This document shows, piece after piece, positions 59,590 through 64,000 of a stretch of DNA of 64,000 nucleotides (the first letter of the stretch is position 1; each line of letters opens with the position of its first letter). The stretch spans positions 77,438,001-77,502,000 of the forward strand of contig OX597825.1 in assembly GCA_951406725.2 (NCBI GenBank), read 5' to 3'. The notes under the pieces are model-generated. The model was given only the letters and a program-made list of their open reading frames with translations, searched no databases and was not told the origin of the DNA. Made by a program: the position numbers and the translations under genes. Source of the DNA: Octopus vulgaris. Its lineage: Eukaryota.

Positions 59590-60045
59590 CATACATACAT
59601 AAAGAGAAACAAACAGGCAAACAGACAGAGACAGAGAGAAAAAGAGAAAGAAATAGATTGATAGCTACCTAGATAAACAGAATTACAGAAGACAAAGAAC
59701 AGGAGAGAGAGAGAGAGAGAGGGGGAGAGAGAGAGCGAGCTATGAGGTGTTGTGGGAATGTAAGAAAGGAAGGGTCACTGAAAAAGAAAGAGTAAAGAGG
59801 TAAAAGAAGCAATATGTTGCGTATTTTTAGCAAAAAAAGGAATACTGAGTGAAAGAAATTTCAGAAGAAAGAATGACCGAAGGAAAAAGGGGTAAAAAAT
59901 ACAGAGAGAAGAAAAAGGTCAAGAAAAGGGAGAAAGAAACGGAAGAAAGAAGAAGCTAAATTAAATGAGAACAAGTTCAAGAAGGGGAGAATGAAATTGG
60001 AAGAGGAAGGAAAAAGCAAAGAGGAAAATGAAAGAAAAAGGAGAA
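59240..60045. repeat. Purine-rich low-complexity tract including (GATA)n
   Basis: Strong A/G strand bias; similar tract at 61090-61595. Confidence 0.85.
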
Positions 60046-60267
60046 AGAAGCTTATTCCCCAACCACAGGGTTTGAGCTTCAGACCCGCAACGTGGCTCCT
60101 TGGGCAACTGTCACCAGCTATATCCTCGGGCCAGTCAAAACCCGAGTGCGATTAGTAAATGGAAATTGAATGAAGCCCGTTGCATATATATATATATATA
60201 TATATATACATACACACACGTAAGAATATATATATTATATATGTATATATGTATATATATATATATA

Positions 60268-60482
60268 ATATTAGGGAGTAAATCCAAACTTACAGGGAAA
60301 AATTAGATTTAGGATTAAATCTAATTTTACAGTATAAATATATATATTAAATTAGAAACAAAACCACTATTCGGCAAATCATATATATATTTTATATACT
60401 TTGTATATCATATTAATTAATTTTATTTCTGTTTTCGTTTATGTTTTTCACTCTTTGATTTGCCTAATAGTGGTTTTATCTC

Positions 60483-60489
<7 letters not shown>
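60268..60489. mobile_element. (TA)n-inserted element with terminal inverted segment, inside a family-C SINE (60047-60765)
   Basis: Arms 60349-60381 and 60456-60488; homologous to 45541-45815. Confidence 0.7.
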
Positions 60490-60533
<44 letters not shown>

Positions 60534-60809
60534 TTAAATATATGTATGTATATATGTATGCCTATCTTTGTGCTTGTGTATGTCTCTCCACACTTGACAA
60601 CTGTTGGTTTGTTTGCATCCACGTAACCTACCAGTTTGGCAAAGGAGAACACTGGAATAACCGTAGTTTAAAAATAAGTATTGTGGTCAATTTCTTCGAA
60701 TAAAACTCTTGAAGCCGATGCTCCAGCATTGCCGCTGTCAAATGACAGAAGGAAATTCAAGACAAAAGAAAAAAAATAAAAAGGAGCGAATGAGGACTTT
60801 TGGTGGAGA

Positions 60810-61085
60810 GGGGGGGGCGACCTCCGGGACGCTTGAGTGACTTCACGCGATCACGCCATCCATCACGGTCCACCATGCACGTTCTTACGTCGTCAACATT
60901 TACCATTCCACTGTACCTGAAGCAAATTGTCCACAAAGGTTAACTGTTTTCTTTCCCTGTTCATTCTTCTTTCAACTGACAGCCATAAGACCAGTTGATG
61001 CCCAAGTTCTTCTGGGAGCCTGACGCAATGACCAGGAATTCTCATTCTTCTCTGCTGAACCTTCTCGTTCACTTTGGGTAGATCT
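60810..61085 (-). mobile_element. RTE-type LINE 3' fragment
   Basis: DLPKVNEKVQQRRMRIPGHCVR..LVLW..RERKQLTFVDNL..MVDRDGWR. Confidence 0.75.
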
Positions 61086-61653
61086 TGATAAAGGAAGAAA
61101 ATGGAAGAAACCAAGAAAGCATGAAAGAAAGAGATTTGAAAGAGCGGCAAGCGAACTCTATAGATCCAGAATTAAATAGAAAGAATGGAGAAATAGAAGG
61201 AAGGAAAGAACGAAAATCAGATAGGAATAAATATGAAGAAGAAATTTCAAAAAATAGAGATAGAAAATGAAGGAAAGGAAGATGAAAGAATGAGTAAAAG
61301 AAAGGTATAAAGAAATTTTAAATAGAGAAGGAAAACAATAAAAAAAAAAAGCATGGAGAAAAGGAATAAGATGAGGGGAATGAGAGTGAATGAGAGAATA
61401 ATAAAGGATGGAAAGAAAGAACGAAAAGTGTTGAGAACGAAATTGAAAGAGGGGGAAAGAAATAAAATACCAGAGAAAGAAATTAAGAACGAGTAACTGA
61501 AAGACAGAAAATAGAAAAGGGGAAGAAATAAAATAAAGGACGAAATGGAAGAAATAAATGAAAGAGGAAATGAAAGAAGGAACAACAAATAAATAAAGCT
61601 GTATGCGTGTATATATATATATACATACATATACATATATATATATATGTGTG

Positions 61654-61736
<83 letters not shown>

Positions 61737-61874
61737 TGATAGATAGATTCATACATACGCACACATGCATACATACATATATACACACACACACACATGC
61801 ACGCACACGCACACACACACGCACACACGCATACATACATGCCACGCATGCAGACACACACACACATACACACA

Positions 61875-61943
<69 letters not shown>

Positions 61944-62492
61944 GTATTTGGGAAGAAGGAGAAAAACGCATCCGGTACAACGGAACGAGGTGTCAGTCGA
62001 CCTAACTTTCAATATCCGATGGCGGAATGTTCAATGATGTATATTTTAGTATTAACACAGCGGACAGTGGTCAGTGTGTTTAATTGTATGTGTTGCTTCG
62101 GCCAACAACCAATGAATACATCTTTACCACCGAAACTCACTGACCGTGAAAAATTGGATGGAATCATGCTTTGTCGAGTCCAGTAGAGTGACCAATATGT
62201 AAAGCCCCCATTGATGAAAGGACAGTGTGAGAGAAGAGATTGTTCAGGAAGTTGAAGTGGGTTGAGGGGGTTGGGGACCAGGTTGGGAAAAAGGGAAAAG
62301 CGTAGACGAGGAAGAAGTGGAAGTTGAGAAATAAGGCGCATTTCACAGAAACGCTTTAATATATGGAGTCAGGCTTCGTATGACTAAAAGCTGGTCGAAA
62401 TGAACGTAGGTTGTCCGACTAAGTGAATTAGTAAACTGTTACGTTGCGAACTACAGTGTTCTGTGTTCGAACCCAGGTTAATTCCTCTTTAA

Positions 62493-62890
62493 TTTGTTTC
62501 AGTCATTTGACTGTGGCCATGCTGGAGCACGTTCTCTAGTCGAGCAAATCGACCCCAGGACTTATTCTTTGTAAGCCTAGTACTTGTTCTAACGGTCTCT
62601 TTTGCTGAACCGCTATGTTACGGGGACGTAAACACACGAGCATTGGTTGTCAAGCGATTTTGGGGGACAAAAACAGACACACAAACATACACATACACAC
62701 ACACATATATATATATATATATACATATATATATACCACGGGCTTCTTTCAGTTTCCGTCTACCAAATCCATTCACAAGGCTTTGGTCGGCCCGAGGTTA
62801 TAGTAGAAGACACTTTCCCAAGATGACACGCAGTAGGAATGAACCCGGAACCATGCGGCTGGTAAGCAAACTATTTACCACATAGCCACC
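62493..62890 (-). mobile_element. Family-C SINE, near full length
   Basis: Tail, internal CA/TA run and head, all in reverse complement. Confidence 0.85.
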
Positions 62891-62993
62891 GACATGGTCT
62901 GAGAATATCAAAGCTACCAGTGGATACTCTTTTAAATCAGAAAGAATACGGGTACAGGAATTAAAATTTTTTTTTAAACGGTGGTTATAAATA

Positions 62994-63370
62994 ATCTTTT
63001 CTACTACGGTATAGGCACAGGGCCCGAAATATTGGGAGAGGGGACTAGTTATTTGCATCGACCCCAGTGCTCAACTGGTACTTATTTTATAACCCGAAAG
63101 GTTGAAAGGGAAAGTCGACCTTGGCAGAATTTGAACTCAGAACGTGAAGACGGACGAAATACCTATTTATTTACTACCCACAAGGGGCTAAACACAGAGA
63201 GGACAAACAAGGACAGATTTAATTTATCGACCCCGAAAGGATGAAAGGCAAAGTCGACCTCGGCGGAATTTGAACTCAGAACGTAACGGCAGACGAAATA
63301 TGGCTACGCATTTCGCCCGGCGTGCTAACGTTTCTGCCAGCTCGCCGCTAAGCATTTTGCTCGGTGCGGT
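62994..63370 (-). mobile_element. B SINE (63164-63347) nested in an older A SINE
   Basis: Old copy stops at GAAATACC (63163) and resumes as CTAAGCATTTTGC at 63348. Confidence 0.85.
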
Positions 63371-63808
63371 ACGAAGAACATTTAGTAGGGGTCAAATGGT
63401 TCGACTTTGATGTATTTACAAGAGAGCAATTCAACGGGGTAAATATTGACTATAAGAGGAATAAAGGAGAGCAGATATGGAGGCAATTATGCGGAGAAGC
63501 AAATGAAATAAAACAGCATGGGTTTCACGCGGAGAAGATAAAACAGGGGACAACTGATGAAAGGAATGTTCTTTATGCTGCCTGTCTCGTTTCTCTGTTT
63601 GTTTCTTTTGTTGTTCGAAAAAAATTCGTTTCTATGTTTTTGTTTTTATGTTCTTGATTCTCATATTGTAGACGTCTTTATTTTCTTTTTCGATGTCCTG
63701 TACCCATATATGCATGTATATATATACATATATATGTACGTATGTACATATGTGTATATATATATCTATGCATATATTTATATATTATTTATATCATTAT
63801 TATTGTTG

Positions 63809-63872
<64 letters not shown>

Positions 63873-63876
<4 letters not shown>

Positions 63877-64000
63877 TAGTTTTATTTTTATAGCGTGCTT
63901 TCACTTCACTACCGAGCGCAGCTCTGTGTCTTGGGTATGTGCTGTGATTTGTTGTGATGCTCTGATGGTTATTGTATGGAAAGTGTTCTGCGTAGGATGT
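63873..64000 (-). mobile_element. 3' end of a second R4/Dong-like family, running off the window
   Basis: Minus ILRRTLSIQ* followed by a ~100-bp UTR that runs into (TAA)n. Confidence 0.6.

Noticed and set aside
62009-62341. SMIPS...FGGK as a Helitron Pif1 helicase fragment
   Set aside because: Motif spacing is too short and the flanking DE and GD..Q residues are missing.

Overview
AT-rich eukaryotic non-coding DNA dominated by microsatellites ((TA)n, (ATT)n, (CA)n, (TACA)n, (GATA)n, (GAA)n) and mobile elements. The repeat families look like those of octopus genomes, but this is recognition from memory, not a database result. I find no supportable host protein-coding gene; most ORF-track entries are microsatellite read-throughs. 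The window holds at least three tRNA-derived SINE families. It also holds decayed R4/Dong, RTE and HERO-like non-LTR fragments, mariner derivatives, hAT- and Tc1-like MITEs, and Penelope-like pieces including a GIY-YIG remnant. Most notable: (1) an apparently intact minimal type I hammerhead ribozyme at 44687-44735 (minus strand) in a (TA)n-embedded Penelope-like cluster, plus a decayed one at 47952-47997; (2) a young SINE variant whose 3' end repeatedly abuts the motif (G)AAATACC found inside its own family, giving 184-bp head-to-tail multimers and nested insertions; (3) recurrent near-perfect local inverted duplications anchored in (TA)n tracts.
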